From contig NEEC01000042.1 of the NCBI GenBank assembly GCA_002189035.1, positions 124,001 through 188,000 of the forward strand: DNA of 64,000 bases, read 5' to 3'. Below, piece after piece: positions 34,801-49,061 of the stretch (its first letter is position 1; every line of letters starts with the position of its first letter). Origin of the DNA: Utricularia gibba (lineage: Eukaryota; Plantae; Magnoliophyta). Both the position numbers and the translations under genes were made by a program. A model generated the notes under the pieces. That model saw only the letters and a list, made by a program, of their open reading frames with translations, had not been told where the DNA came from and made no database searches.

Positions 34801-37800
34801 ATGATTTTTTCAACAACTTACTTTATACTTGAGGAGGCGATCTTAGGGTGCACCTCGAACAGGACAAAGGTAAGGTTTGGCTTGCGCCAAGAGTTAGTTG
34901 TAGCCCGACAAAGAAAGTGATGTATTTATTATCGTTCGGTTTTTGGGGTTGCCTACATGGTTTTCAAGGAACATCTTCTCGTTTTGTGGCAGCCAGTCTC
35001 GCTGGGAGCTTTGTCCTGGACCCCGATTCTGTGGCCCATGGGGTCAAAAGGATGCAAATCGATGAACAATGATGCATTTGTTTCAATTACGATATCACGT
35101 GCACCCCACATGATTTTTTCGACAACTTACTTTATACATGGGGAGGCGGTCTTGGGGGGTACCTGGAACCGGAAAATGGTCAGCTTAGGCTTGGGCCGAT
35201 AGTAAGTTGTAGCCCGGCAAAGAAAGTGATGTATTTATTATCGTTCGGTTTACGGGGCTTCCTACATGGTTTTTCAAGGAACATCTTCTCGTTTTGTGGC
35301 AGCCAGTCTCGCTGGGAGCTTTGTCCTGGACCCCGATTCTGTATGGCTCATGGGGTCAAAAGGATGCAAATCGATGAATACAATGATGCATTTGTTTCAA
35401 TTACGATATCACGTGCACCCCACATGATTTTTTCGACAACTTACTTTATACATGGGGAGGCGGTCTTGGGGGGTACCTGGAACCGGAAAATGGTCAGCTT
35501 AGGCTTGGGCCGATAGTAAGTTGTAGCCCGGCAAAGAAAGTGATGTATTTATTAACGTTCGGTTTTCGGGGTTGCCTACATGGTTTTTCAAGGAACATCT
35601 TCCCGTTTTGTGGTGGCTAGTCTCGCTGGGAACTTTGTCCTGGACCTCGATTCTTTATGTCTTATGAGGTCAACCGGATGCAAATCGATGAAAAAATTGA
35701 TGCATTTGTTTAAATTACGATATCACGTGCACCCTACATGATTTTTTCAACAACTTACTTTATACTTGAGGAGGTGGTCTTGGGGGGCAAGAGGAACCAG
35801 ACAACGGTCATATTAGGCTTGGGCCGAAAGTAAGTTGTAGCCCGGCAAAGAAAGTGTGTATTTATAACGTTCGGTTTTCAGGGTTGCCTACATGGTTTTC
35901 CAAGGAAAAGCTTTTCGTTTTGTGGCGGCCGCTCTCGCAGGGCACTTGGTCCGGGCCCCTGATTCTTTATGGCTCATGAGGACAAAAGGATGCAAATCGA
36001 TGAAAATAATGATGCATTTGTTTAAATTACGATGTCGCGTGCACCCCAAATGATTTTTTTAACAACATACTTTATACATGAGGAGGCGGTCTTGGGGGCA
36101 CTTGGAACCGGAAAAAGATCAGCTTAGGCTTGGGCCGAAAGTAAGTTGTAGCCCGGCAAAGAAAGTGATGTATTTATTATCGTTCGGTTTTTGGGGTTGC
36201 CTACATGGTTTTTCAAGGAACATCTTCTCGTTTTGTGGTGGCTAGTCTCGCTGGGAACTGGTCCTTGACCCCGATTCTGTATGGCTCATGGGGTCAACCG
36301 GATGCAAATCGAAGAAAAAAAATGATGCATTTGTTTAAATTACGATATCACGTGCACCCTACATGATTTTTTCGACAACTTACTTTATACATGGGGAGGC
36401 GGTCTTGGGGGGTACCTGGAACCGGAAAAATGGTCAGCGTAGGCTTGGCCGATAGTAAGTTGTAGCCCGACAAATAAAGTAATGTATTTATTATCGTTCG
36501 GTTTTCGGAAGCTGCCTAAATGCTTTTTGAAAGAACATCTTCTCGTTTTATGGCGGCCAGTCTCGCTGGGAACTTGGTCCTTGACCCTGGTTCTGTATGG
36601 CTCATGGGGTCAACCGGATGCAAATCGATGAAAAAAATGATGCATTTGTTTAAATTGCGATATCACGTGCACCCACATGATTTTTTCAACAACTTACTTT
36701 ATACTGAGGAGGCGATCTTGGGTGCACCTCGAACAGGACAAAGGTAAGGTTTGGCTTGCGCCAAGAGTTAGTTGTAGCCCGACAAAGAAAGTGATGTATT
36801 TATTATCGTTCGGTTTTGGGGGTTGCCTACATGGTTTTTCAAGGAACATCTTCTCGTTTTGTGGCAGCCAGTCTCGCTGGGAGCTTTGTCCTGGACCCCG
36901 ATTCTGTATGGCTCATGGGTCAAAAGGATGCAAATCGATGAATACAATGATGCATTTGTTTCAATTACGATATCACGTGCACCCACATGATTTTTTCGAC
37001 AACTTACTTTATACATGGGGAGGCGGTCTTGGGGGTACCTGGAACCGGAAAAAGGTCAGCTTAGGCTTGGGCCGATAGTAAGTTGTAGCCCGGCAAAGAA
37101 AGTGATGTATTTATTATCGTTCGGTTTACGGGGGCTTCCTACATGGTTTTTCAAGGAACATCTTCTCGTTTTGTGGCGCCAGTCTCGCTGGGAACTTTGT
37201 CCTGGACCCCGATTCTGTATGGCTCATGGGTCAAAAGGATGCAAATCGATGAATAAAATGATGCATTTGTTTAATTACGATATCACGTGCACCCCACATG
37301 ATTTTTTCGACAACTTACTTTATACATGGGAGGCGGTCTTGGGGGGCAAGAGGAACCGACAACGGTCATATAGGCTTGGGCCGAAGTAAGTTGTAGCCCG
37401 GCAAAGAAAGTGATGTATTTATTAACGTTCGGTTTTCGGGTTGCCTACATGGTTTTCAAGGAAAAGCTTTCGTTTTGGCGGCCGTCTCGCAGGGACTTGG
37501 TCCGGGCCCCTGATTCTTTATGGCTCATGAGGACAAAAGGATGCAAATCGATGAAAAAAATGATGCATTGTTTAAATTACGATGTCACGTGCACCCCAAT
37601 GATTTTTTTAACAACATACTTTATACATGAGGAGGCGGTCTTGGGGGGCACTTGGAACCGGAAAAAGATCAGCTTAGGCTTGGGCCGAAAGTAAGTTGTA
37701 GCCCGGCAAAGAAAGTGATGTATTTATTATCGTTCGGTTTTGGGGTTGCCTACATGGTTTTTCAAGGAACATCTTCTCGTTTTGTGGTGGCTAGTCTCGC

Positions 37801-40800
37801 TGGGAACTGGTCCTTGACCCCGATTCTGTATGGCTCATGGGGTCAACCGGATGCAAATCGAAGAAAAAAAATGATGCATTTGTTTAAATTACGATATCAC
37901 GTGCACCCTACATGATTTTTTCGACAACTTACTTTATACATGGGAGGCGGTCTTGGGGGGTACCTGGAACCGGAAAATGGTCAGCGTAGGCTTGGGCCGA
38001 TAGTAAGTTGTAGCCCGACAAATAAAGTAATGTATTTATTATCGTTCGGTTTTCGGAAGCTGCCTAAATGCTTTTTGAAGAACATCTTCTCGTTTTGGCG
38101 GCCAGTCTCGCTGGGAACTTGGTCCTTGACCCTGGTTTCTGTATGGCTCATGGGGTCAACCGGATGCAAATCGATGAAAAAAAATGATGCATTTGTTTAA
38201 ATTGCGATATCACGTGCACCCCACATGATTTTTTCAACAACTTACTTTATACATGAGGAGGCGATCTTAGGGTGCACCTCGAACAGGACAAAGGTAAGGT
38301 TTGGCTTGCGCCAAGAGTTAGTTGTAGCCCGACAAAAGAAAGTGATGTATTTATTATCGTTCGGTTTTGGGGTTGCCTACATGGTTTTTCAAGGAACATC
38401 TTCTCGTTTTGTGGCAGCCAGTCTCGCTGGGAGCTTTGTCCTGGACCCCGATTCTGTATGGCTCATGGGGTCAAAAGGATGCAAATCGATGAATACAATG
38501 ATGCATTTGTTTCAATTACGATATCACGTGCACCCCACATGATTTTTTCGACAACTTACTTTATACATGGGGAGGCGGTCTTGGGGGTACCTGGAACCGG
38601 AAAATGGTCAGCTTAGGCTTGGGCCGATAGTAAGTTGTAGCCCGGCAAAGAAAGTGATGTATTTATTATCGTTCGGTTTACGGGGGCTTCCTACATGGTT
38701 TTTCAAGGAACATCTTCTCGTTTTGTGGCGCCAGTCTCGCTGGGAACTTTGTCCTGGACCCCGATTCTGTATGGCTCATGGGGTCAAAAGGATGCAAATC
38801 GATGAAACAATGATGCATTTGTTTAAATTACGATATCACGTGCACCCCACATGATTTTTTCGACAACTTACTTTATACATGGGGAGGCGGTCTTGGGGGC
38901 CAGGAAACGGTCATATTAGGCTTGGGCCGAAAGTAAGTTGTAGCCCGGCAAAGAAAGTGATGTATTTATTAACGTTCGGTTTTCAGGGTTTACATGGTTT
39001 TCCAAGGAAAAGCTTTTCGTTTTGTGGCGGCCGCTCTCGCAGGGCACTTGGTCCGGACCCCTGATTCTTTATGGCTCATGAGGACAAAAGGATGCAAATC
39101 GATGAAAATAATGATGCATTTGTTTAAATTACGATGTCGCGTGCACCCCAATGATTTTTTAACAACATACTTTATACATGAGGAGGCGGTCTTGGGGGGT
39201 ACTGGAACCGGAAAAGGTCAGCTTAGGCTTGGGCCGAAGTAAGTTGTAGCCCGGCAAAGAAAGTGATGTATTTATTATCGTTCGGTTTTCGGGGTTCCTA
39301 CATGGTTTTTCAAGGAACATCTTCTCGTTTTGTGGCGCCAGTCTCGCTGGGATTTGTCCTGGACCCCGATTCTGTATGGCTCATGGGGTCAAAAGGATGC
39401 AAATCGATGAAACAATGATGCATTTGTTTAATTACGATATCACGTGCACCCCACATGATTTTTTCGACAACTTACTTTATACATGGGGAGGCGGTCTTGG
39501 GGGTACCTGGAACCGGAAAATGGTCAGCTTAGGCTTGGGCCGATAGTAAGTTGTAGCCCGGCAAAGAAAGTGATGTATTTATTACGTTCGGTTTTCGGGT
39601 TGCCTACATGGTTTTTCAAGGAACATCTTCTCGTTTTGTGGTGCCAGTCTCGCTGGGAACTTTGTCCTGGACCCCGATTCTGTATGGCTCATGGGGTCAA
39701 CCGGATGCAAATCGATGAAAAAAATGATGCATTTGTTTAAATTACGATATCACGTGCACCTACATGATTTTTTCAACAACTTACTTTATACATGAGGAGG
39801 CGGTCTTGGGGGGCAAGAGGAACCAGACAACGGTCATATTAGGCTTGGCCGAAAGTAAGTTGTAGCCCGGCAAAGAAAGTGATGTATTTATTAACGTTCG
39901 GTTTTCGGGTTGCCTACATGGTTTTCAAGGAAAAGCTTTTCGTTTTGTGGCGGCCGTCTCGCTGGGCACTTGGTCCGGGCCCCTGATTCTTTATGGCTCA
40001 TGAGGACAAAAGGATGCAAATCGATGAAAATAATGATGCATTTGTTTAAATTACGATGTCGCGTGCACCCCAAATGATTTTTTAACAACTACTTTATACA
40101 TGAGGAGGCGGTCTTGGGGGGCACTTGGAACTCAGCTTAGCTTGGCCGAAAGTAAGTTGTAGCCCGCAAAGAAAGTGATGTATTTATTATCGTTCGTTTT
40201 GGGTTGCCTACATGGTTTTTCAAGGAACATCTTCTCGTTTTGTGGTGGCTAGTCTCGCTGGGAACTTCCTTGACCCCGATTCTGTATGGCTCATGGGGTC
40301 AACCGGATGCAAATCGATGAAAAAAAATGATGCATTTGTTTAAATTACGATATCACGTGCACCCACATGATTTTTTCGACAACTTACTTTATACATGGGG
40401 AGGCGGTCTTGGGGGGTACCTGGAACCGGAAAATGGTCAGCTTAGGCTTGGGCCGATAGTAAGTTGTAGCCCGGCAAAGAAAGTGATGTATTTATTATCG
40501 TTCGGTTTTGGGGGCTGCCTACATGGTTTTTCAAGGAAATCTTCTCGTTTTGTGGTGGCTAGTCTCGCTGGGAACTTGTCCTGGACCCCGATTCTGTATG
40601 GCTCATGGGGTCAACCGGATGCAAATCGATGAAAAAAATGATGCATTTGTTTAAATTACGATATCACGTGCACCCCACATGATTTTTTCGACAACTTACT
40701 TTATACATGGGGAGGCGGTCTTGGGGGGTACCTGGAACCGGAAAATGGTCAGCTTAGGCTTGGGCCGATAGTAAGTTGTAGCCCGGCAAAGAAAGTGATG

Positions 40801-43800
40801 TATTTATTATCGTTCGGTTTTCGGGTGCCTACATGGTTTTTGAAAGAACATCTTCTCGTTTTTGGCGGCCAGTCTCGCTGGGAACTTGGTCCTGACCTGG
40901 TTCTGTATGGCTCATGGGGTCAACCGGATGCAAATCGATGAAAAAAAATGATGCATTTGTTTAAATTACGATATCACGTGCACCCCACATGATTTTTTCA
41001 ACAACTTACTTTATACTTGAGGAGGCGGTCTTGGGGGCACCTGAACAGGACAAAGGTAAGGTTTGGCTTGGCCAAAGTAGTTGTAGCCCGGCAAAGAAAG
41101 TGATGTATTTATTATCGTTCGGTTTTGGGGTTGCCTACATGGTTTTTCAAGGAACATCTTCTCGTTTTGTGGCGCCAGTCTCGCTGGGAGCTTTGTCCTG
41201 GACCCCGATTCTGTATGGCTCATGGGTCAAAAGGATGCAAATCGATGAAAAAATGATGCATTTGTTTCAATTACGATATCACGTGCACCCCACATGATTT
41301 TTTCGACAACTTACTTTATACATGGGGAGGCGGTCTTGGGGGGTACCTGGAACCGGAAAAAGGTCAGCTTAGGCTTGGGCCGATAGTAAGTTGTAGCCCG
41401 GCAAAGAAAGTGATGTATTTATTATCGTTCGGTTTTCGGGGGCTGCCTACATGGTTTTTCAAGGAACGCTTCTCGTTTTGTGGCGGCCAGTCTCGCTGGG
41501 AACTTGGTCCTGGACCCCGATTCTGTATGGCTCATGGGGTCAAGGATGCAAATCGATGAAAAAAAATGATGCATTTGTTTAAATTACGATATCACGTGCA
41601 CCCCATGATTTTTTCGACAACTTACTTTATACATGGGGAGGCGGTCTTGGGGGTACCTGGAACCGGAAAATGGTCAGCTTAGGCTTGGGCCGATAGTAAG
41701 TTGTAGCCCGGCAAAGAAAGTGATGTATTTATTATCGTTCGGTTTTTGGGGGTGCCTACATGGTTTTTCAAGGAAAATCTTCTCGTTTTGTGGTGGCTAG
41801 TCGCTGGGAACTTGTCCTGGACCCCGATTCTGTATGGCTCATGGGGTCAACCGGATGCAAATCGAAGAAAAAAAATGATGCATTTGTTTAAATTACGATA
41901 TCACGTGCACCCTACATGATTTTTTCGACAACTTACTTTATACATGGGGAGCGGTCTTGGGGGGTACCTGGAACTGGAAAATGGTCAGCGTAGGCTTGGG
42001 CCGATAGTAAGTTGTAGCCCGACAAATAAAGTAATGTATTTATTATCGTTCGGTTCGAAATGCCTAAATGCTTTTAAAGAACATCTTCTCGTTTTATGGC
42101 GGCCAGTCTCGCTGGGAACTTGGTCCTTGACCCTGGTTCTGTATGGCTCATGGGGTCAACCGGATGCAAATCGATGAAAAAAAATGATGCATTTGTTTAA
42201 ATTGCGATATCACGTGCACCCCACATGATTTTTTCAACAACTTACTTTATACTTGAGGAGGCGATCTTAGGGTGCACCTCGAACAGGACAAAGGTAAGGT
42301 TTGGCTTGCGCGAGAGTTAGTTGTAGCCCGACAAATAAAGTGATGTATTTATTATCGTTCGGTTTTCGGGGGCTGCCTACATGGTTTTTCAAGGAACATC
42401 TTCTCGTTTTGTGGTGGCCAGTCTCGCTGGGAACTTGGTCCTTGACCCCGATTCTGTATGGCTCATGAGGTCAACCGGATGCAAATCAATTAAAAAAATG
42501 ATGCATTTGTTTAATTACGATGTCACGTGCACCCCACATGATTTTTTTAACAACATACTTTATACATGAGGAGGCGTCTTGGGCAGGAACGGGACAAAGG
42601 TAAGGTTTTGCTGCACCGAGAGTTAGTTGTAGCCGGCAAATAAAGTGATGTATTTATTATCGTTCGGTTTTCGGGGGCTGCCTACATGGTTTTTCAAGGA
42701 ACCGCTTTCGTTTTGTGGCGCCAGTCTCGCTGGGAACTTGGTCCTGGACCCCGATTCTGTATGGCTCATGGGTCACCGGATGCAAATCGATGAAAAAAAA
42801 TGATGCATTTGTTTAAATTACGATATCACGTGCACCCTACATGATTTTTTCGACAACTTACTTTATACATGGGGAGGCGGTCTTGGGGGTACCTGGAACC
42901 GGAAAATGGTCAGCTTAGGCTTGGGCCGATAGTAAGTTGTAGCCCGGCAAAGAAAGTGATGTATTTATTATCGTTCGGTTTTCGGGGGCTGCCTACATGG
43001 TTTTTCAAGGAACCGCTTCTCGTTTTGTGGCGGCCAGTCTCGCTGGGAACTTGGTCCTGGACCCCGATTCTGTATGGCTCATGGGGTCAACCGGATGCAA
43101 ATCGAAGAAAAAAAATGATGCATTTGTTTAAATTACGATATCACGTGCACCCTACATGATTTTTTCGACAACTTACTTTATACATGGGGAGGCGGTCTTG
43201 GGGGTACCTGGAACCGGAAAATGGTCAGCTTAGGCTTGGGCCGATAGTAAGTTGTAGCCCGGCAAAGAAAGTGATGTATTTATTATCGTTCGGTTTTGGG
43301 GCTGCCTACATGGTTTTTCAAGGAAAATCTTCTCGTTTTGTGGTGGCTAGTCTCGCTGGGAACTTGTCCTGGACCCCGATTCTGTATGGCTCATGGGTCA
43401 ACCGGATGCAAATCGAAGAAAAAAAATGATGCATTTGTTTAAATTACGATATCACGTGCACCCTACATGATTTTTTCGACAACTTACTTTATACATGGGG
43501 AGGCGGTCTTGGGGGGTACCTGGAACTGGAAAATGGTCAGCGTAGGCTTGGGCCGATAGTAAGTTGTAGCCCGACAAAAAAGTAATGTATTTATTATCGT
43601 TCGGTTTTCGGAAGCTGCCTAAATGCTTTTTGAAAGAACATCTTCTCGTTTTATGGCGGCCAGTCTCGCTGGGAACTTGGTCCTTGACCCTGGTTCTGTA
43701 TGGCTCATGGGGTCAACCGGATGCAAATCGATGAAAAAAATGATGCATTTGTTTAAATTGCGATATCACGTGCACCCCACATGATTTTTTCAACAACTTA

Positions 43801-45058
43801 CTTTATACTTGAGGAGCGATCTTAGGGTGCACCTCGAACAGGACAAAGGTAAGGTTTGGCTTGCGCCGAGAGTTAGTTGTAGCCCGACAAATAAAGTGAT
43901 GTATTTATTATCGTTCGGTTTTCGGGGCTGCCTACATGGTTTTTCAAGGAACCGCTTCTCGTTTTGTGGTGGCCAGTCTCGCTGGGAACTTGGTCCTTGA
44001 CCCCGATTCTGTATGGCTCATGAGGTCAACCGGATGCAAATCGAATTAAAAAAAATGATGCATTTGTTTAAATTACGATGTCACGTGCACCCACATGATT
44101 TTTTTAACACATACTTTATACATGAGGAGGCAGTCTTTGGGTGCATTTGGAACGGGACAAAGGTAAGGTTTTGCGTGCCCGAGAGTAGTTGTAGCCGGCA
44201 AATAAAGTGATGTATTTATTATCGTTCGGTTTTCGGGGCTGCCTACATGGTTTTTCAAGGAACGCTTCTCGTTTTGTGGCGGCCAGTCTCGCTGGGAACT
44301 TGGTCCTGGACCCCGATTCTGTATGGCTCATGGGTCACCGGATGCAAATCGAAGAAAAAAAATGATGCATTTGTTTAAATTACGATATCACGTGCACCCT
44401 ACATGATTTTTTCGACAACTTACTTTATACATGGGGAGGCGGTCTTGGGGGGTACCTGGAACCGGAAAATGGTCAGCTTAGGCTTGGGCCGATAGTAAGT
44501 TGTAGCCCGGCAAAGAAAGTGATGTATTTATTATCGTTCGGTTTTTGGGGGCTGCCTACATGGTTTTTCAAGGAAAATCTTCTCGTTTTGTGGTGGCTAG
44601 TCTCGCTGGGAACTTGTCCTGGACCCCGATTCTGTATGGCTCATGGGTCAACCGGATGCAAATCGAAGAATACAATGATGCATTTGTTTCAATTACGATA
44701 TCACGTGCACCCCACATGATTTTTTCGACAACTTACTTTATACATGGGGAGGCGGTCTTGGGGGGTACCTGGAACCGGAAAATGGTCAGCTTAGGCTTGG
44801 GCCGATAGTAAGTTGTAGCCCGGCAAAGAAAGTGATGTATTTATTAACGTTCGGTTTTCGGGGTTGCCTACATGGTTTTTCAAGGAACATCTTCCGTTTT
44901 GTGGTGGCTAGTCTCGCTGGGAACTTTGTCCTGGACCTCGATTCTTTATGTCTTATGAGGTCAACCGGATGCAAATCGATGAAAAAAATTGATGCATTTG
45001 TTTAAATTACGATATCACGTGCACCCTACATGATTTTTTCAACAACTTACTTTATACT
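13806..45058. repeat. Central domain: A-B-C-D-E-F based HOR of variable length (mostly 4-8 monomers), many mosaic monomers
   Basis: Type-A starts at 13806, 15978, 17835, 20014, 22199, 23431, 24653, 26499, 28951, 30816, 32356, 33905, 35767, 37327, 38880, 39793, 45059. A canonical 6-mer spans 33905-35766 (1862 bp). Confidence 0.8.
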
Positions 45059-48000
45059 TGAGGAGGTGGTCTTGGGGGGCAAGAGGAACCAGACAACGGT
45101 CATATTAGGCTTGGGCCGAAAGTAAGTTGTAGCCCGGCAAAGAAAGTGATGTATTTATTAACGTTCGGTTTTCAGGGTTGCCTACATGGTTTTCCAAGGA
45201 AAAGCTTTTCGTTTTGTGGCGGCCGCTCTCGCAGGGCACTTGGTCCGGGCCCCTGATTCTTTATGGCTCATGAGGACAAAAGGATGCAAATCGATGAAAA
45301 TAATGATGCATTTGTTTAAATTACGATGTCGCGTGCACCCCAAATGATTTTTTTAACAACATACTTTATACATGAGGAGGCGGTCTTGGGGGGCACTTGG
45401 AACCGGAAAAAGATCAGCTTAGGCTTGGGCCGAAAGTAAGTTGTAGCCCGGCAAAGAAAGTGATGTATTTATTATCGTTCGGTTTTTGGGGTTGCCTACA
45501 TGGTTTTTCAAGGAACATCTTCTCGTTTTGTGGTGGCTAGTCTCGCTGGGAACTTGGTCCTTGACCCCGATTCTGTATGGCTCATGGGGTCAACCGGATG
45601 CAAATCGAAGAAAAAAAATGATGCATTTGTTTAAATTACGATATCACGTGCACCCTACATGATTTTTTCGACAACTTACTTTATACATGGGGAGGCGGTC
45701 TTGGGGGGTACCTGGAACCGGAAAATGGTCAGCGTAGGCTTGGGCCGATAGTAAGTTGTAGCCCGACAAATAAAGTAATGTATTTATTATCGTTCGGTTT
45801 TCGGAAGCTGCCTAAATGCTTTTTGAAAGAACATCTTCTTTTATGGCGGCAGTCTCGCTGGGAACTTGGTCCTTGACCCTGGTTCTGTATGGCCTCATGG
45901 GTCAACCGGATGCAAATCGATGAAAAAAAATGATGCATTTGTTTAAATTGCGATATCACGTGCACCCCACATGATTTTTTCAACAACTTACTTTATACTT
46001 GAGGAGGCGATCTTAGGGTGCACCTCGAACAGGACAAAGGTAAGGTTTGGCTTGCGCCGAGAGTTAGTTGTAGCCCGACAAAGAAAGTGATGTATTTATT
46101 ATCGTTCGGTTTTCGGGGGTTGCCTACATGGTTTTTCAAGGAACATCTTCTCGTTTTGTGGTGGCCAGTCTCGCTGGGAGCTTTGTCCTTGACCCCGATT
46201 CTGTATGCTCATGGGGTCAACCGGATGCAAATCAATGAAAAAAATGATGCATTTGTTTAAATTACGATATCACGTGCACCCCACATGATTTTTTTAACAA
46301 CATACTTTATACATGAGGAGGCGGTCTTGGGGGTATTTGGAACGGGACAAAGGTAAGCTTTTGGCTGCACCGAGAGTAGTTGTAGCCCGGCAAAGAAAGT
46401 GATGTATTTATTATCGTTCGGTTTTCGGGGTTGCCTACATGGTTTTCCAAGGAACATCTTCTCGTTTTGTGGCAGCCAGTCTCGCTGGGAACTTGTCCTG
46501 GACCCCGATTCTGTATGGCTCATGGGGTCAACCGGATGCAAATCGATGAATACAATGATGCATTTGTTTAAATTACGATATCACGTGCACCCTACATGAT
46601 TTTTTCGACAACTTACTTTATACATGGGGAGGCGGTCTTGGGGTACCTGGAACCGGAAAATGGTCAGCTTAGGCTTGGGCCGATAGTAAGTTGTAGCCCG
46701 GCAAAGAAAGTGATGTATTTATTATCGTTCGGTTTTTGGGGGCTGCCTACATGGTTTTTCAAGGAAAATCTTCTCGTTTTGTGGTGGCTAGTCTCGCAGG
46801 GAACCTTGTCCTGGACCCCGATTCTGTATGGCTCATGGGGTCAACCGGATGCAAATCGAAGAAAAAAAATGATGCATTTGTTTAAATTACGATATCACGT
46901 GCACCCTACATGATTTTTTCGACAACTTACTTTATACATGGGGAGGCGGTCTTGGGGGGTACCTGGAACCGGAAAATGGTCAGCGTAGGCTTGGGCCGAT
47001 AGTAAGTTGTAGCCCGACAAATAAAGTAATGTATTTATTATCGTTCGGTTTTCGGAAGCTGCCTAAATGCTTTTTGAAAGAACATCTTCTCGTTTTATGG
47101 CGGCCAGTCTCGCTGGGAACTTGGTCCTTGACCCTGGTTCTGTATGGCTCATGGGGTCAACCGGATGCAAATCGATGAAAAAAAATGATGCATTTGTTTA
47201 AATTGCGATATCACGTGCACCCCACATGATTTTTTCAACAACTTACTTTATACTTGAGGAGGCGATCTTAGGGTGCACCTCGAACAGGACAAAGGTAAGG
47301 TTTGGCTTGCGCCGAGAGTTAGTTGTAGCCCGACAAATAAAGTGATGTATTTATTATCGTTCGGTTTTCGGGGGCTGCCTACATGGTTTTTCAAGGAACC
47401 GCTTCTCGTTTTGTGGTGGCCAGTCTCGCTGGGAACTTGGTCCTTGACCCCGATTCTGTATTGCTCATGAGGTCAACCGGATGCAAATCAATTAAAAAAA
47501 ATGATGCATTTGTTTAAATTACGATGTCACGTGCACCCCACATGATTTTTTTAACAACATACTTTATACATGAGGAGGCAGTCTTTGGGTGCATTTGGAA
47601 CGGGACAAAGGTAAGGTTTTGCGTGCACCGAGAGTTAGTTGTAGCCGGCAAATAAAGTGATGTATTTATTATCGTTCGGTTTTCGGGGTTGCCTACATGG
47701 TTTTCCAAGGAACATCTTCTCGTTTTGTGGCAGCCAGTCTCGCTGGGACTTTGTCCTGGACCCCGATTCTGTATGGCTCATGGGGTCAAAAGGATGCAAA
47801 TCGATGAATACAATGATGCATTTGTTTAAATTACGATATCACGTGCACCCTACATGATTTTTTCGACAACTTACTTTATACATGGGGAGGCGGTCTTGGG
47901 GGTACCTGGAACCGGAAAATGGTCAGCTTAGGCTTGGGCCGATAGTAAGTTGTAGCCCGGCAAAGAAAGTGATGTATTTATTATCGTTCGGTTTTCGGGG

Positions 48001-49061
48001 CTGCCTACATGGTTTTTCAAGGAACCGCTTCTCGTTTTGTGGTGGCCAGTCTCGCTGGGAACTTGGTCCTTGACCCGATTCTGTATGCTCATGAGGTCAA
48101 CCGGATGCAAATCAATTAAAAAAAATGATGCATTTGTTTAAATTACGATGTCACGTGCACCCCACATGATTTTTTTAACAACATACTTTATACATGAGGA
48201 GGCGTCTTTGGTGCATTTGGAACGGGACAAAGGTAAGGTTTTGCGTGCACGAAAGTAAGTTGTAGCCCGGCAAAGAAAGTGATGTATTTATTAACGTTCG
48301 GTTTTCAGGGTTGCCTACATGGTTTTCCAAGGAAAAGCTTTTCGTTTTGTGGCGGCCGCTCTCGCTGGGCACTTGGTCCGGGCCCCTGATTCTTTATGGC
48401 TCATGAGGACAAAATGATGCAAATCGATGAAAATAATGATGCATTTGTTTAAATTACGATGTCGCGTGCACCCCAAATGATTTTTTTAACAACATACTTT
48501 ATACATGAGGAGGCGGTCTTGGGGGCACTTGGAACCGGAAAAAGATCAGCTTAGGCTTGGGCCGAAAGTAAGTTGTAGCCCGGCAAAGAAAGTGATGTAT
48601 TTATTATCGTTCGGTTTTTGGGGTTGCCTACATGGTTTTTCAAGGAACATCTTCTCGTTTTGTGGTGGCTAGTTTCGCTGGGAACTTGGTCCTTGACCCC
48701 GATTCTGTATGGCTCATGGGGTCAACCGGATGCAAATCGAAGAAAAAAAATGATGCATTTGTTTAAATTACGATATCACGTGCACCCTACATGATTTTTT
48801 CGACAACTTACTTTATACATGGGAGGCGGTCTTGGGGGGTACCTGGAACCGGAAAATGGTCAGCTTAGGCTTGGGCCGATAGTAAGTTGTAGCCCGGCAA
48901 AGAAAGTGATGTATTTATTATCGTTCGGTTTTCGGGGCTTCCTAAATGCTTTTTGAAAGAACATCTTCTCGTTTTATGGCGGCCAGTCTCGCTGGGAACT
49001 TGGTCCTTGACCCTGGTTCTGTATGGCTCATGGGGTGATGAAAAAAAAATGATGCATTTGT

